64,000 bases of DNA from Candidatus Aerophobetes bacterium Ae_b3a (GTDB lineage Bacteria > Aerophobota > Aerophobia > Aerophobales > AE-B3A): NCBI GenBank assembly GCA_005223095.1, contig NJBQ01000001.1:8408-72407 (forward strand), written 5' to 3'. Position numbers and translations under genes: made by a program. Under the pieces are notes generated by a model, which saw nothing but the letters and a program-made list of their open reading frames with translations, did no database searches and was not told the DNA's origin. Of the stretch, positions 18,948 through 29,880 are shown one piece after another. Each line of letters begins with the position of its first letter. The first letter of the stretch is position 1.

Positions 18948-21743
18948 GTGACCTTGCAAGAGAGGAAAGGTGAAAAAACGGTAGGGGGTGTCACAGACCT
19001 ACTCTGTGAATATACCCTGAATCCAGTGGGGATTGATGTAGGCTTGCCTCGGTTTTCCTGGGTACTCAATCATTGGGAACGCGGACAGCTTCAGTCAGCC
19101 TACCAGGTGCTTGTTGCCCGCAAGCGGGAATATTTAGACACCGATAACGGTGATATGTGGGACAGCGGTAAAGCAACCTCAGGGGAGTCAGTAAATGTTC
19201 CATATGCAGGTACTCTTCTAGAGAGTAGAAAAATGTATTACTGGAAGGTACGTGTGTGGGATAAAGATGGAAAGGTAAGTCCCTGGAGTAAGACAGCTAC
19301 ATTTGAGATGGGCCTTTTGAAACCGGATGACTGGGAAGGAAAATGGATTAAGGGAGGAAATCTCCTCCGTAAGGAATTTACTGTTGGTAAGGATATTGAG
19401 CAGGCACGGGCATACATATGTGGATTAGGTTACTACGAGTTGCGCATTAATGGAGAAAAAGTTGGCGACCATGTTCTTGATCCAGGCTGGACAGATTACG
19501 AAAAGAGAGCATTGTATGTTACCTATGATCTGATTAACTATCTTAAAGGGAACGAAAACGCAGTAGGTGTTATGCTAGGTAATGGACGTTATAGCCCACC
19601 AGGCAAGGTATCTAATAAAAGCCTAACGCCCCCACTAAAAAAGTATGGCCACTCACCGGTGCTGATATTACAGATACATATACATTTCACTGATGGCTCC
19701 AGCATAAGGGTTGTAACTGATGAGACTTGGAAAACTGTCCAGGGTCCTATTGTCAGGGATGACATTTATGATGGCGAGACGTATGATGCCAGACTTGAGA
19801 GAGAAGGTTGGGACGCGCCGAACTTTGATGATGCTAATTGGAATTCTGCCACCGTCGTGGATGCCCCTGGTGGAAAGTTAGTCTCCCAGGCGAGCTTTCC
19901 GCCAATTAAGGTGGTAAAAATATTGCAACCTAAGAAAATTACCAATTCAAAGCCGAATGTTTATGTCTATGACTTCGGACAGAATTTCACTGGCTGGGTG
20001 AGGCTCCGTGTGCGTGGTCCAAGAAGCACTCAGATACAACTGAGATATGCTGAATTATTAGATGAGAACGGCATGATTAACACTATACCTAATCGTGGGG
20101 CAAAAGCAACCGATACCTATATCCTGAAAGGAGAAGGAGAAGAAATATACGAGCCACGCTTTACCTACCATGGCTTTCGCTATGTCGAGGCAACTGGTTT
20201 TCCTGGCACACCAATCCTGGAGAGTTTAGAAGGAGGTGTAGTCCACTCAGCGGTAGAGCCTGTTGGTGGCTTTACCTGCTCTAATTCTTTGATCAACAAG
20301 ATTCACCAGAATATCCTCTGGGGACAACTGAGCAATCTCATGAGTATTCCCACCGACTGTCCACAGCGCGATGAGCGCATGGGATGGATGGGTGATGCTC
20401 AACTTGTTGTGGAAGAAGCAATTTACAACTTTGATATGGTCGGCTTTTTTGGGAAATGGACTGGTGATATAGAGGATGCTCAAAAAGAGGACGGCAGCGT
20501 GCCAGATGTTGTGCCACCTTATTGGAGCATTTACCCTGCTGATCCTGTTTGGGGCACAGCTTGCGTGACCATTCCCTGGCATCTATATCTCTATTATGAG
20601 GATAAACACATTCTGGAGCAAAACTATTCTCTTATGAAGAAGTGGGTAGATTTTTTAGGCGCGCAGGCAACTGATTATATTATTACCTATGGTAAATATG
20701 GAGATTGGTGCCCTCCCCGGCATGCTCGTCCAGTGGATACTGCGCTCATACTAACCTCAACCTGGTATTACTTTCATGATGTTATGGTCTTGTCTAAGAT
20801 TGCCCGTATTTTGGGCAACCACGAGGATGCAGAAAAGTATGTCCAGCTCTCTGACAAGATTAAGGAGGCCTTCAACAGGGAGTTTCTACGGGAGGGCTTC
20901 TATTGTGGCGAAAAATATACTGACTTGTATAAGAGGGTGGAAGCTCTTCTACCTGCGGGAACTCCTGAGGATAAGAAAGGGGAAATGATTAAGAAAACGC
21001 TCCCATTATTTGCCCCCAGCGGCCAGACCTCCAATGTGCTCCCTCTTTTCCTGAATATGGTGCCTGAAAACAAGAAAGAGGATGTGTTTGAGAATCTGGT
21101 GCATGATATTGTGGCAACACAGAGCAGTCACCTTAACACAGGGATTGTAGGCACCAAGTATATATTTGATATCTTAACAAAATTTGGACGCACAGATCTT
21201 GCCTATAAGCTAGCAACGCAAACCACCTATCCCAGCTGGGGCTATATGATCAAGGAAGGCGCGACAACCATATGGGAAAGATGGGAATACCTTGCTGATG
21301 TTGGCATGAACTCACACAATCATATAATGTTTGGCACCGTGGATGCCTGGTTCTACAAGGTGTTGGCCGGCATCAGCCTTGATCCTGCTGGCCCTGGTTT
21401 TCAGCGAATCATCATCAAACCCCACCCCGTCGGCGACCTCAAATATGCCAGTGCCTCACTTAAGACCATTAGAGGCATACTATCCTCAAGTTGGACCAGA
21501 CAGGATAGGTCGCTAGTATTAAATATCACTTTGCCTGTCAATTCTCAGGGGAAGGTGAGCATTCCAAAAATGAAGCTGGAAAATGTCGTAATCAAGGAAG
21601 GTAAAACGATAATCTGGGAAAATGGCATATACTTTGAAGGCACAGCGGGTATCACCGTTGGAAGAGAGAATGATGAATGTGTCACATTCGATGTAGGATC
21701 GGGGTCCTACTCTTTTAATTTAACGGGAACTCCCCCTCTGTAA
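18948..21743 (+). CDS. GH78 alpha-L-rhamnosidase
   Basis: GTG start with AGGGAGGAG RBS. N-terminus LLCEYTLNPVGIDVGLPRFSWVL...QSAYQVLVA is the canonical start of bacterial alpha-L-rhamnosidases. 931 aa with the (alpha/alpha)6 catalytic region (MGWMGDAQL...). Confidence 0.85.
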   Translation: MTLQERKGEKTVGGVTDLLCEYTLNPVGIDVGLPRFSWVLNHWERGQLQSAYQVLVARKREYLDTDNGDMWDSGKATSGESVNVPYAGTLLESRKMYYWKVRVWDKDGKVSPWSKTATFEMGLLKPDDWEGKWIKGGNLLRKEFTVGKDIEQARAYICGLGYYELRINGEKVGDHVLDPGWTDYEKRALYVTYDLINYLKGNENAVGVMLGNGRYSPPGKVSNKSLTPPLKKYGHSPVLILQIHIHFTDGSSIRVVTDETWKTVQGPIVRDDIYDGETYDARLEREGWDAPNFDDANWNSATVVDAPGGKLVSQASFPPIKVVKILQPKKITNSKPNVYVYDFGQNFTGWVRLRVRGPRSTQIQLRYAELLDENGMINTIPNRGAKATDTYILKGEGEEIYEPRFTYHGFRYVEATGFPGTPILESLEGGVVHSAVEPVGGFTCSNSLINKIHQNILWGQLSNLMSIPTDCPQRDERMGWMGDAQLVVEEAIYNFDMVGFFGKWTGDIEDAQKEDGSVPDVVPPYWSIYPADPVWGTACVTIPWHLYLYYEDKHILEQNYSLMKKWVDFLGAQATDYIITYGKYGDWCPPRHARPVDTALILTSTWYYFHDVMVLSKIARILGNHEDAEKYVQLSDKIKEAFNREFLREGFYCGEKYTDLYKRVEALLPAGTPEDKKGEMIKKTLPLFAPSGQTSNVLPLFLNMVPENKKEDVFENLVHDIVATQSSHLNTGIVGTKYIFDILTKFGRTDLAYKLATQTTYPSWGYMIKEGATTIWERWEYLADVGMNSHNHIMFGTVDAWFYKVLAGISLDPAGPGFQRIIIKPHPVGDLKYASASLKTIRGILSSSWTRQDRSLVLNITLPVNSQGKVSIPKMKLENVVIKEGKTIIWENGIYFEGTAGITVGRENDECVTFDVGSGSYSFNLTGTPPL

Positions 21744-21913
21744 AGGTGGGGATGAGAGCAATCGTGTCAAGCCATTCGGTTTGGATATCCTGAATAGGGT
21801 TGGACACTCTCAGAATTAAAAAGAACAGAGAAAATTCACCCTTCCACAAGATAGATGAGGATTTTCATAGATGGATCATAGAAATTCCGAATAACGGGAG
21901 ACTAGCCTCACTT

Positions 21914-21946
21914 CCACATTTCCAGAAAGAAATGTGGTGTTTATGG
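21914..21946 (+). terminator. putative intrinsic terminator CCACATTTC-cagaaa-GAAATGTGG then TGTTTATGG
   Basis: 9-bp perfect stem followed by a T-rich tract, in the convergent gap after the rhamnosidase gene. Confidence 0.4.
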
Positions 21947-21998
21947 TAGTTTGCGAGTCCGTTCAGTCACTATATTTAAAGAGTGCCACGTTCTTTAT

Positions 21999-22691
21999 TT
22001 ACCTCTTCTTTTGTAATCTTTCTTGAACTGCTTCGCTTGTTAACTCCCGGATTGCATCAGAAGCAATCCATTTGGCACTTCTTGCATCCATTTTCTGAAT
22101 CTCTTTTGCAGTCTCAATCGCCTTCCTGTTCAAATTGACATTCCGTTTTCCGATATTCCTTAAGGCCCAATTGACTGCCTTTTTAACATAGTTTCTATCG
22201 TCATCCGCTTCCCGTTTTATCACCGGCAGGAGGGCCAAAAACTTTCTGTCCGGCGCTTCCTTGTCGTGCCATGCCAAACAGGCCATCAAGGCAAAGCCAG
22301 CACGCTTTTCAAATTCTTTTTCGCGCTTAGTCCACTCTACTGCTTTCTCCCATGCCATAGGCGTTTTATCAAACAAATTCATACAACACTGATCACATAC
22401 GTCCCACGAGTCAAAATCCTTTATCCAGGCATCCATTTGTTTTTTTGTCACCTGATTTGGGTCGTCAATCATACTGGCAAGTATGCACGCTTCGTGAATA
22501 CCTGAATCCCAAAGCTGTTGAGCAAGGGGGTGATCCCTTCCAATTTCTTTTGCCATTTTCCTTAGGTCGGGAACAGAAACTCCGTAGGTACTTTTTGGAT
22601 TAATACCAAATCGTGCCATACCCTCTACTGCCTTGGGATTAGACAATGTTTTTAGTTTCTTAAGGATGTTCTCATATTGCATTTTTTTCAT
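21999..22691 (-). CDS. DNA alkylation repair enzyme (AlkD/AlkC-like HEAT-repeat DNA glycosylase family)
   Basis: 230 aa all-helical protein with repeated HEAT-like units and conserved W/D/R positions (WDVCDQC..., RNYVKKAVNWALRNIG) typical of the DNA_alkylation family. Confidence 0.65.
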   Translation of the reverse strand: MKKMQYENILKKLKTLSNPKAVEGMARFGINPKSTYGVSVPDLRKMAKEIGRDHPLAQQLWDSGIHEACILASMIDDPNQVTKKQMDAWIKDFDSWDVCDQCCMNLFDKTPMAWEKAVEWTKREKEFEKRAGFALMACLAWHDKEAPDRKFLALLPVIKREADDDRNYVKKAVNWALRNIGKRNVNLNRKAIETAKEIQKMDARSAKWIASDAIRELTSEAVQERLQKKR

Positions 22692-22794
22692 TCTTTCCAG
22701 TGATTCAGGTTCAGTTGGGTAGGGGCCAATTGTATTGTTTAAGCGATATTACCGTTCAGATTTTCTTAATACAGAAGAAAATTGTCTTCAGGTA

Positions 22795-23592
22795 TTATTC
22801 TTTTACTGCTCTGATTAAGCTTTCAGCAAAAACTCCCACTTTTTCAACTAAAGTTTTGCTCCCTTGATGTTTTTCTATTTTCTTGACGATGGCACTCCCC
22901 ACTATTACTGCCTCGGCTAAGGAGGCGGTTTTTCTGGCTTCTGAAGGTGAGGAGATGCCAAATCCTATTCCTACCGGGGTTGAGGTAAGAGAGTGAACCT
23001 TGGTTACTAAATCTCTTAAGTTTTTATCTTCTCTTTTTTCATCACCGGTAATGCCGGTGTAGGCTACACAATAGATAAATCCTTGACTTTTCTGGCAGAC
23101 TAACTTTATTCTATCTTCTGAGCTAACCGGAGTAAGGAGAAGGATAAGAACAAGGTTGTTTTTCTTAGACTCTTTTAGCAAAAAATGAGCCTCTTCTGGA
23201 GGAAGGTCAACGATTATTAATCCATCTACCCCTGCCCCAGATGCTCTTTCTATGAATTCTCTTTCTCCAAATTTGAAAATGGGGTTGTAGTAGCCCATTA
23301 AAACAATGGGAATCTCCGTCTCTTGGCGCAATTCTCCAACCAGGCTCAATATTTTTGGAAGGGAGGTTCCTTTTTCCAATGCTCGCTGGGAGGACTTTTG
23401 AATAACTGGTCCCTCGGCAAGGGGGTCAGAAAAGGGGACTCCCAGCTCGATAATATCAGCCCCTCTTTTTTCCAGTTCAAGAACCAGAGCTTTACTGGTA
23501 GTAAAATCTGGATCTCCCGCTGTAATAAAGGAAATAAAGGCTTTTTTGCCCTCCTTCTTCAATTCCTTAAACTTTTTTTTAATACGATTCAC
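22795..23592 (-). CDS. trpA: tryptophan synthase alpha subunit
   Basis: KKAFISFITAGDPDF...ADIIELGVPFSDPLAEGPVIQ are TrpA active-site blocks. The GTG start at 23590-23592 (VNRIKKKF) with GAGGT 8 nt upstream is preferred over the upstream ATG of the ORF track (to 23709), whose extra 39 residues are not TrpA-like. Confidence 0.8.
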   Translation of the reverse strand: MNRIKKKFKELKKEGKKAFISFITAGDPDFTTSKALVLELEKRGADIIELGVPFSDPLAEGPVIQKSSQRALEKGTSLPKILSLVGELRQETEIPIVLMGYYNPIFKFGEREFIERASGAGVDGLIIVDLPPEEAHFLLKESKKNNLVLILLLTPVSSEDRIKLVCQKSQGFIYCVAYTGITGDEKREDKNLRDLVTKVHSLTSTPVGIGFGISSPSEARKTASLAEAVIVGSAIVKKIEKHQGSKTLVEKVGVFAESLIRAVKE

Positions 23593-23748
23593 TCTTAACC
23601 TCGATTTTAGCGTTAATATCTGGTGTTTTTCATATTTTCCACTATCGTGTTGCCATTGCCAGGCGAAGCCGAAGCAATCCCATGAGATTGCCACGCTTGT
23701 TTTCAGCAAGTTCGCAATGACGGAAAACAGGGATCTATACGCTAAACG

Positions 23749-24942
23749 CTATCCGCTATCTACTATTCCACTTACCTGCTCTACATCCTTATCGCCCCGT
23801 CCAGACAGATTAACCACCACTATCTTATCCTTGTCCAATTCAGGCACCAGTTTGCTTAGATAGGCAATAGCATGGGCACTTTCCAGGGCTGGAATGATTC
23901 CCTCCAGTTCAGATAGAGTTTGAAAAGCTTTCAGCGCCTCCCTGTCATTAACGGTAACATATTTGGCTCTGCCGATTTTTTTAAGATGGGAGTGTTCTGG
24001 TCCAACTCCTGGATAATCCAGGCCAGCAGCCACTGAGTGAGTTAGGCTGATTTGTCCATATTTATCTTGCAGTAGATAGCTTTTTGCTCCATGCAGTATA
24101 CCGATGCTCCCTCGAGCTAGGGTGGCTCCGTGTTTATCTTCTGAAAGATCTAGCCCTCCTGCTTCCACTCCAATTAATTGCACAGCATCTTCCAGAAAAG
24201 GGTAAAAGAGCCCCAGGGAATTACTGCCTCCTCCCACACAGGCTACCAGATAGTCAGGCACTCTTTTCTCTTTGAGCAGAATTTGTTCTTTTGTTTCCTT
24301 GCCTATGACTGATTGAAAATCCCGCACCATCATAGGATAGGGGTGAGGTCCCACTACTGAGCCCAGAACATAATAAGTAGTTCTGACATTGGTTACCCAA
24401 TCTCTAATGGTTTCATTGATTGCATCCTTTAAAGTACAGCTTCCTGAGGAAACAGGAATTACTTCTGCACCTAATAACTCCATTCTAAATACATTAAGTC
24501 GCTGCCGTCTAATATCCTCATCTCCCATATATACTCTACAGGGAAGCCCTAATACAGCGGCAGCCGTAGCTGTGGCTACCCCATGTTGACCAGCTCCAGT
24601 TTCAGCAATAATACGTTTTTTGCCCATTCTTTTAGCTAGAAGTACCTGTCCCAGAGTATTATTGATTTTATGAGCTCCGGTATGGGCCAGGTCTTCTCTT
24701 TTAAGATAAATCTTAGCTCCAGCTAAGCTTTTGGTTAGTCTTTCGGCAAAATAAAGTGGCGTGGGGCGACCAGCATAATCGGCTAAATATTTCTCTAATC
24801 TCTTATGAAAATCTTTATCTTCTTTTGCTTCTGAATAAGCCTCCTCTAATTCTTTCAGAGCAGGCATAAGTGTTTCGGGAACAAATTTTCCTCCGAAGGC
24901 TCCAAAATGTCCTTTTTTATCGGGCAGACTATGATGCTCCAT
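23749..24942 (-). CDS. trpB: tryptophan synthase beta subunit (TrpB1)
   Basis: [16 protein letters not shown], the PLP lysine region HTGAHKINN, and GGGSN. Confidence 0.9.
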   Translation of the reverse strand: MEHHSLPDKKGHFGAFGGKFVPETLMPALKELEEAYSEAKEDKDFHKRLEKYLADYAGRPTPLYFAERLTKSLAGAKIYLKREDLAHTGAHKINNTLGQVLLAKRMGKKRIIAETGAGQHGVATATAAAVLGLPCRVYMGDEDIRRQRLNVFRMELLGAEVIPVSSGSCTLKDAINETIRDWVTNVRTTYYVLGSVVGPHPYPMMVRDFQSVIGKETKEQILLKEKRVPDYLVACVGGGSNSLGLFYPFLEDAVQLIGVEAGGLDLSEDKHGATLARGSIGILHGAKSYLLQDKYGQISLTHSVAAGLDYPGVGPEHSHLKKIGRAKYVTVNDREALKAFQTLSELEGIIPALESAHAIAYLSKLVPELDKDKIVVVNLSGRGDKDVEQVSGIVDSG

Positions 24943-25561
24943 CCGTTTCTCTCACTATTCTGACGAAATTTTTTAATTTCTTTAGATTCTTTTTTCCTGG
25001 CCTTTCCTCTACTCCACTGCTTACATCTACTCCATAAGGCTCTACTTCACTTATTGCTTCTCTTATATTCTCAGGATTTAATCCACCTGAGAGAATAATA
25101 GGTAATCCAAATTTTTTAATCTCTTTGGCTATATGCCAGTCAAAGGTCTTTCCTGTACCGCCGTAGGCAAAAGGAGAATAGGCATCAAGAAGATAAGCGT
25201 CTATTTTACCCTGGTACTGGGCGGCCTTTTTTAATACGCTTTTATCCTTGATACGAAAAGCTTTAACTATCTTCTGCTTGAATCCCTCACAGTAAGAGGG
25301 AGACTCTTGGCCATGGAATTGCAAAGTAGTCAAACCACAGCTCTCGGTTATCTCTTCTACCTTTTCTCTATCCTCGTTAACAAAGACTCCCACGCTGGAG
25401 ATAAAAGGAGGGAGAAGCTTAATAATTTCCTGAACTATTTCAGGCTTTACTCTTCTGGGGCTGTCAGCAAAAATAAAGCCAAGAGCATCTACTTTTAGAT
25501 CTACTGCCCAGCCAGCATCTTCTTTGTTAGTTATACCACATATTTTGATTTTAATCATCAT
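24929..25561 (-). CDS. trpF: phosphoribosylanthranilate isomerase
   Basis: [11 protein letters not shown]...DALGFIF. 210 aa TIM-barrel PRAI pattern. Overlaps trpB by 14 nt. Confidence 0.85.
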   Translation of the reverse strand: MMIKIKICGITNKEDAGWAVDLKVDALGFIFADSPRRVKPEIVQEIIKLLPPFISSVGVFVNEDREKVEEITESCGLTTLQFHGQESPSYCEGFKQKIVKAFRIKDKSVLKKAAQYQGKIDAYLLDAYSPFAYGGTGKTFDWHIAKEIKKFGLPIILSGGLNPENIREAISEVEPYGVDVSSGVEERPGKKNLKKLKNFVRIVRETDGAS

Positions 25562-25651
25562 ATTGCGTTAATTAACCCCTCACCTTAATCCTCTCCCCCA
25601 AGGGGAGAGGGAATTTCTTTTTTCGAGCAACGAATTTCGATTCACCATTCA

Positions 25652-26500
25652 CTAAATACTATTCACCATTTTAAGCTCTCTCAGTTTTTCTCCCACATTT
25701 TTACTTTTCAATAAGGCCTCTCCTATCAAAAAGGCATCTACTCCTGCTTCTTGGAGCCTGTAGATATCTTTTTTATTGTTAATTCCACTTTCACTGACTA
25801 CTACTCTATCCGAAGGTATCTTCTTTATAAGATTGAAACTCATCTTTAAATCTACTTTAAGATTTTCCAGATTCCTATTATTAATGCCCACAATATCAAC
25901 AGGAAGGTCTTTGATTTTTTGCCACTCTTCCTCAGCGTGAATTTCTACCAGACAGTCTAAATCCATTTGCCAGGCCAAATCTAGATATTCTTTTAACTTT
26001 TCTCTATCTAATATGCGAGCAATTAGGAGTAGAGCATCCGCTCCCCCGGTTCTAGCCTCATAAATTTGATACTCATCCACTATAAACTCTTTTGCCAGAA
26101 TGGGAAGGGAAGAGGCTTTCCTCGCCTTCTCTAAATCTTTAAGCTCTCCCTTAAAGAACTTCTGGTCAGTCAAAATAGATAGAGCTGAGGCGCCATTCTT
26201 CTCATAAATTCTGGCTAGTTCCTCTAAACTAAAATTTTTAATTATAACTCCAGCTGAAGGGGAGGCTCTCTTAATCTCAGCAATAATATTAATCTTTGTT
26301 GCAGAGGAGATAGCTTTCCTGAAGTTCCTGGTGGGAGTAGAAGCGGCTAGCTTCGATTTTAGGGCCGCCAATGGGACTTCTTTTTTTCGCCTGGCAACCT
26401 CTTTAAGCTTATTATTTACTATCTCATCTAAGATCAAAGTCGTTCCCCTCACCCCATCCCTCTCCCCACAGGGGAGAGGGCGCCATTTACCACTCACCAA
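25652..26500 (-). CDS. trpC: indole-3-glycerol phosphate synthase
   Basis: ILDEIVNNKLKEV..., IIAEIKRASPS, VDAFLIGEALLKS are IGPS blocks. Confidence 0.85.
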   Translation of the reverse strand: MVSGKWRPLPCGERDGVRGTTLILDEIVNNKLKEVARRKKEVPLAALKSKLAASTPTRNFRKAISSATKINIIAEIKRASPSAGVIIKNFSLEELARIYEKNGASALSILTDQKFFKGELKDLEKARKASSLPILAKEFIVDEYQIYEARTGGADALLLIARILDREKLKEYLDLAWQMDLDCLVEIHAEEEWQKIKDLPVDIVGINNRNLENLKVDLKMSFNLIKKIPSDRVVVSESGINNKKDIYRLQEAGVDAFLIGEALLKSKNVGEKLRELKMVNSI

Positions 26501-26560
26501 TTAACCAATCACCACTTACCATCTTATTGTTTTTCTCGATGAACTATGGACCATGAACTA

Positions 26561-27571
26561 TCAACTATTAGTAAATTCAACCAGGGATTCCAGTTTCTTA
26601 TTAGCTTTTCCCGAGTCAACGGAGTCTTTGGCTATCTTGATTCCTTCCTTGAAACTTTTGGCTCGTCCTGCTGCTACCAGACAAGCGGCAGTATTGATAA
26701 GAATGATGTCTCTTTTGGCGCCTTTTCCTCCTCTTAAAATGTCTTTAAGAATGCGGGCGTTTTCTTCTCTATCTCCTCCCCTTATCTCCTCTAAAGAAGC
26801 CCTTTGCATGCCAAAGTCTTCTGGTCTAATATAATAAGTTTTTATTTTACCCTCTTTTAGCTCGGTTATTCTTGTTCTTGCCTTAATGCTGATTTCATCA
26901 AGGCCATCTTCTCCCCAGACAACAAAGGCACTTCTCACCCCCAGATTCTTTAATACTCTGGCTAACGGCTCGGTAAGAGAAGAACTATGCACGCCCATAA
27001 GACGCACATTAGCTCTCAGTGGATTAATCAGGGGCCCCAGAATATTAAATACTGTTCTCATTCCCATTTCTTGTCGCGGTGCAAGAGCATATTTCATAGC
27101 CGGATGACAACAAGGAGCAAAAAGAAAACCAATTCCTATTTTTTCCAGGCACTCTTTCACCTTTTCTTTAGATGTAGTTAGCTTTACTCCCAAGGCTTCC
27201 AGAACATCAGCGCTGCCACATTTGCTGGAAAGGGCCCGGTTGCCATGTTTAGCTACGGTTAGCCCTGCTCCTGCTACAACCAAGGCAACCACCGTAGAAA
27301 TGTTAAAAGTATTAAGACTATCGCCTCCGGTTCCGCAGGTGTCCACTAAGGTATCTATCTTTATAGAAAAGGTATCGACTTTCTCCAGCATTGCTCTGGC
27401 AAAACCAGTAATCTCAGCTACTGTCTCTCCCTTCATCCTAAGAGCAGTAAGAAATGAAGCAATCTGAGCGGGAGTAGCTTTTCCTTCCATAATCTCTTTC
27501 ATTACTTGCCTTGCTTCTTCCTCTTGCAGGTTCTTTCTTTCCACCAACATTTTTAAGATGTTTTTCATCAT
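26561..27571 (-). CDS. trpD: anthranilate phosphoribosyltransferase
   Basis: [27 protein letters not shown], the GTGGD motif, and [21 protein letters not shown]. Confidence 0.9.
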   Translation of the reverse strand: MMKNILKMLVERKNLQEEEARQVMKEIMEGKATPAQIASFLTALRMKGETVAEITGFARAMLEKVDTFSIKIDTLVDTCGTGGDSLNTFNISTVVALVVAGAGLTVAKHGNRALSSKCGSADVLEALGVKLTTSKEKVKECLEKIGIGFLFAPCCHPAMKYALAPRQEMGMRTVFNILGPLINPLRANVRLMGVHSSSLTEPLARVLKNLGVRSAFVVWGEDGLDEISIKARTRITELKEGKIKTYYIRPEDFGMQRASLEEIRGGDREENARILKDILRGGKGAKRDIILINTAACLVAAGRAKSFKEGIKIAKDSVDSGKANKKLESLVEFTNS

Positions 27572-27616
27572 TTTTTTTCGGTCCTATACGCTAAACGCTA
27601 CCCGCTATACGCTATA

Positions 27617-28219
27617 TTAGCAAGGCAGTTCCCACATTTTGAGGTGAATGCTTTCTTCCAGTTTTAAAAAGTTCTTTAATAATTTCTTACCTGCTTCAGT
27701 CAATATTGATTCCGGGTGGAATTGCATGCCGAAGACAGGATATTCTTTATGTCTTATTCCCATAATTTCTTCTTTCTTGGTCCAGGCAGTTCTGATTAAA
27801 CAATCGGGAAGAGTGCCATTCTTGATTATTAAAGAGTGATAACGGGTAGCCAGGAAAGGATTTTCTGTTCCCTGGTAAATATCCTTACCATAATGATAGA
27901 TTAAAGAGGTTTTCCCGTGCATAAGAATTTTTGCTCTGACAATCTTTGCTCCAAAAACTTCGCCTATACACTGATGTCCCAGGCAGACTCCCAGAATAGG
28001 AATCTGAGAAGCGAAATGCTCCACTACCTGTTCAGAAATGCCGGCATTTTTTGGCTGACCCGGACCAGGAGAAATGACAATTCCCTCTGGCTTTTTTTCT
28101 TCTATTATCCTTAAGCTAATCCTATCATTGCGATAGACCTCTGTTTTCTTTCCCAGTTCCTCCAGATATTGGACCAGATTATAGACAAAGGAATCGTAAT
28201 TATCAATAACCAGAATCAT
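27617..28219 (-). CDS. trpG: anthranilate synthase component II (glutamine amidotransferase)
   Basis: MILVIDNYDSFVYNLVQYL, catalytic GVCLGHQ, and the C-terminal HPES. Overlaps trpE by 4 nt. Confidence 0.85.
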   Translation of the reverse strand: MILVIDNYDSFVYNLVQYLEELGKKTEVYRNDRISLRIIEEKKPEGIVISPGPGQPKNAGISEQVVEHFASQIPILGVCLGHQCIGEVFGAKIVRAKILMHGKTSLIYHYGKDIYQGTENPFLATRYHSLIIKNGTLPDCLIRTAWTKKEEIMGIRHKEYPVFGMQFHPESILTEAGKKLLKNFLKLEESIHLKMWELPC

Positions 28220-29712
28220 TCTATACCTTTCTCGGCTATTTCAATGGCTTTAATCAAAGCACGGGCCTTATTTAGTGTTTCCTCATATTCAGACTCAGGC
28301 TCAGAGTCAGCCACAATACCTGCCCCTGCTTGAATATAAGCAATGTTATCTTTAATGAGGATGGTGCGAATAATGATGCAGGTATCCATATTTCCAGAAA
28401 AGCTAAAGTATCCTAGCGCTCCAGCATAAGGACCCCGGCGGCAAGGTTCAAGCTCTTCGATAATTTCCATTGCTCTTACCTTAGGAGCTCCAGAGACTGT
28501 TCCTGCCGGAAAACAGGCCCTAAGAAGGTCGTATTGGTCCATTCCTTTCCTTAGTTTCCCCTGGACATTGGAAACAAGGTGCATAACATGAGAGTATTTC
28601 TCTACTGAAAATAGCTCTGTTACCTTGACTGTCCCATACTCACAGACTCTTCCCATATCATTGCGTCCCAGGTCCACCAGCATTATATGTTCGGCTCTCT
28701 CCTTAGGATCGATAGATAGTTCCTCAGCCAGGAGTTCATCTTCTGCTCTATCTTTTCCCCGTTTTCTCGTTCCCGCGATAGGTCTATAGGTTATTTCTTC
28801 TTCCTCCATTCTTACCAGAGTCTCGGGGGAGCTTCCCACTATCTCAAAATCTCCACATTTCAGGTAATACATATAAGGAGAAGGATTGAGAGATCTTAAA
28901 GTGCGATAAATGTCAAAAGCAGAAGCGTCCACTTTTCTTTTTAATCTCTGAGATAAGACTACCTGGAAAATGTCCCCTGCCCTGATATATTCTTTGGCTT
29001 TTTTTACCTTAGACTGGAAAATATGAGAGGTGAAGTTAGATTCAATCTTCTCGTTAGCAATTTCTTTCTTTTTTTCTTTTCTCTCACCATGAAGCAAGGA
29101 AGGAGAAGGCTGCCTCAATTTTTTGATCACCCCATCTATTTCATGCTTGGCTTTCTGGTAGGCTATTTGAGGAGATTCCTTTTTCTCTAAAAGGGCGTAA
29201 GAGACTACCTTTATTTTATGACTAAGATGGTCAAAGATAATTAAAGTATGACTGAGCATAAATAGGGAATCGGGAAGGTTTAAATCGTCCTGATTGTTCT
29301 CAGGGATTTCTTCCCAGAAACGGACCATGTCATAACCAACATAACCTACTGCTCCTCCTGAAAAACGAGGAAGTTTTGCTGAATTAACCGTTTTGTAGCC
29401 AGCCATAATCTTTTTTAAGGCATCTAAGGGGTCTTTCTCCACTCTTAGAATTTCACTTTTTCCTTGTCGGATAATTTCTATTCTTTCCCCTTTGCTTTTG
29501 AAAACAAGGACAGGGTCGCTGCCTAAGAAAGAATATCTCCCTAGTTGTTCGCCTTTTTCTACACTTTCTAAAAGATAGGAGAACTTTCCCTTCCCCAGTT
29601 TAATGAAAGCAGAGACAGGAGTTTCTAAGTCAGCCAATATCTCTCGCCAGACAGGGATGAGATTTCCTTTTTTAGATAAGGTTTCAAATTTTCTCTCGTC
29701 CGGATAATACAA
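28216..29712 (-). CDS. trpE: anthranilate synthase component I
   Basis: 498 aa with a chorismate-binding C-terminal domain (GAVGYVGYD..., RGPYAGALGYFSFSGNMDTCIIIRT). Confidence 0.9.
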   Translation of the reverse strand: MYYPDERKFETLSKKGNLIPVWREILADLETPVSAFIKLGKGKFSYLLESVEKGEQLGRYSFLGSDPVLVFKSKGERIEIIRQGKSEILRVEKDPLDALKKIMAGYKTVNSAKLPRFSGGAVGYVGYDMVRFWEEIPENNQDDLNLPDSLFMLSHTLIIFDHLSHKIKVVSYALLEKKESPQIAYQKAKHEIDGVIKKLRQPSPSLLHGERKEKKKEIANEKIESNFTSHIFQSKVKKAKEYIRAGDIFQVVLSQRLKRKVDASAFDIYRTLRSLNPSPYMYYLKCGDFEIVGSSPETLVRMEEEEITYRPIAGTRKRGKDRAEDELLAEELSIDPKERAEHIMLVDLGRNDMGRVCEYGTVKVTELFSVEKYSHVMHLVSNVQGKLRKGMDQYDLLRACFPAGTVSGAPKVRAMEIIEELEPCRRGPYAGALGYFSFSGNMDTCIIIRTILIKDNIAYIQAGAGIVADSEPESEYEETLNKARALIKAIEIAEKGIE

Positions 29713-29880
29713 TAATTTGCCCCCTCACCCTACTCCCCCAAGGGGGGAGAGGGTGTTTTCTTTTCTTGCCAGTGACTAGCAAGTAGTGACAAGCGACGAA
29801 TTTTGAGGAATGTCCTTCGGTACAGATGCAAATTCCTCTGATTCAAGTAGATGTAGCTAGAGAGGAATAATAAGCAGAAC

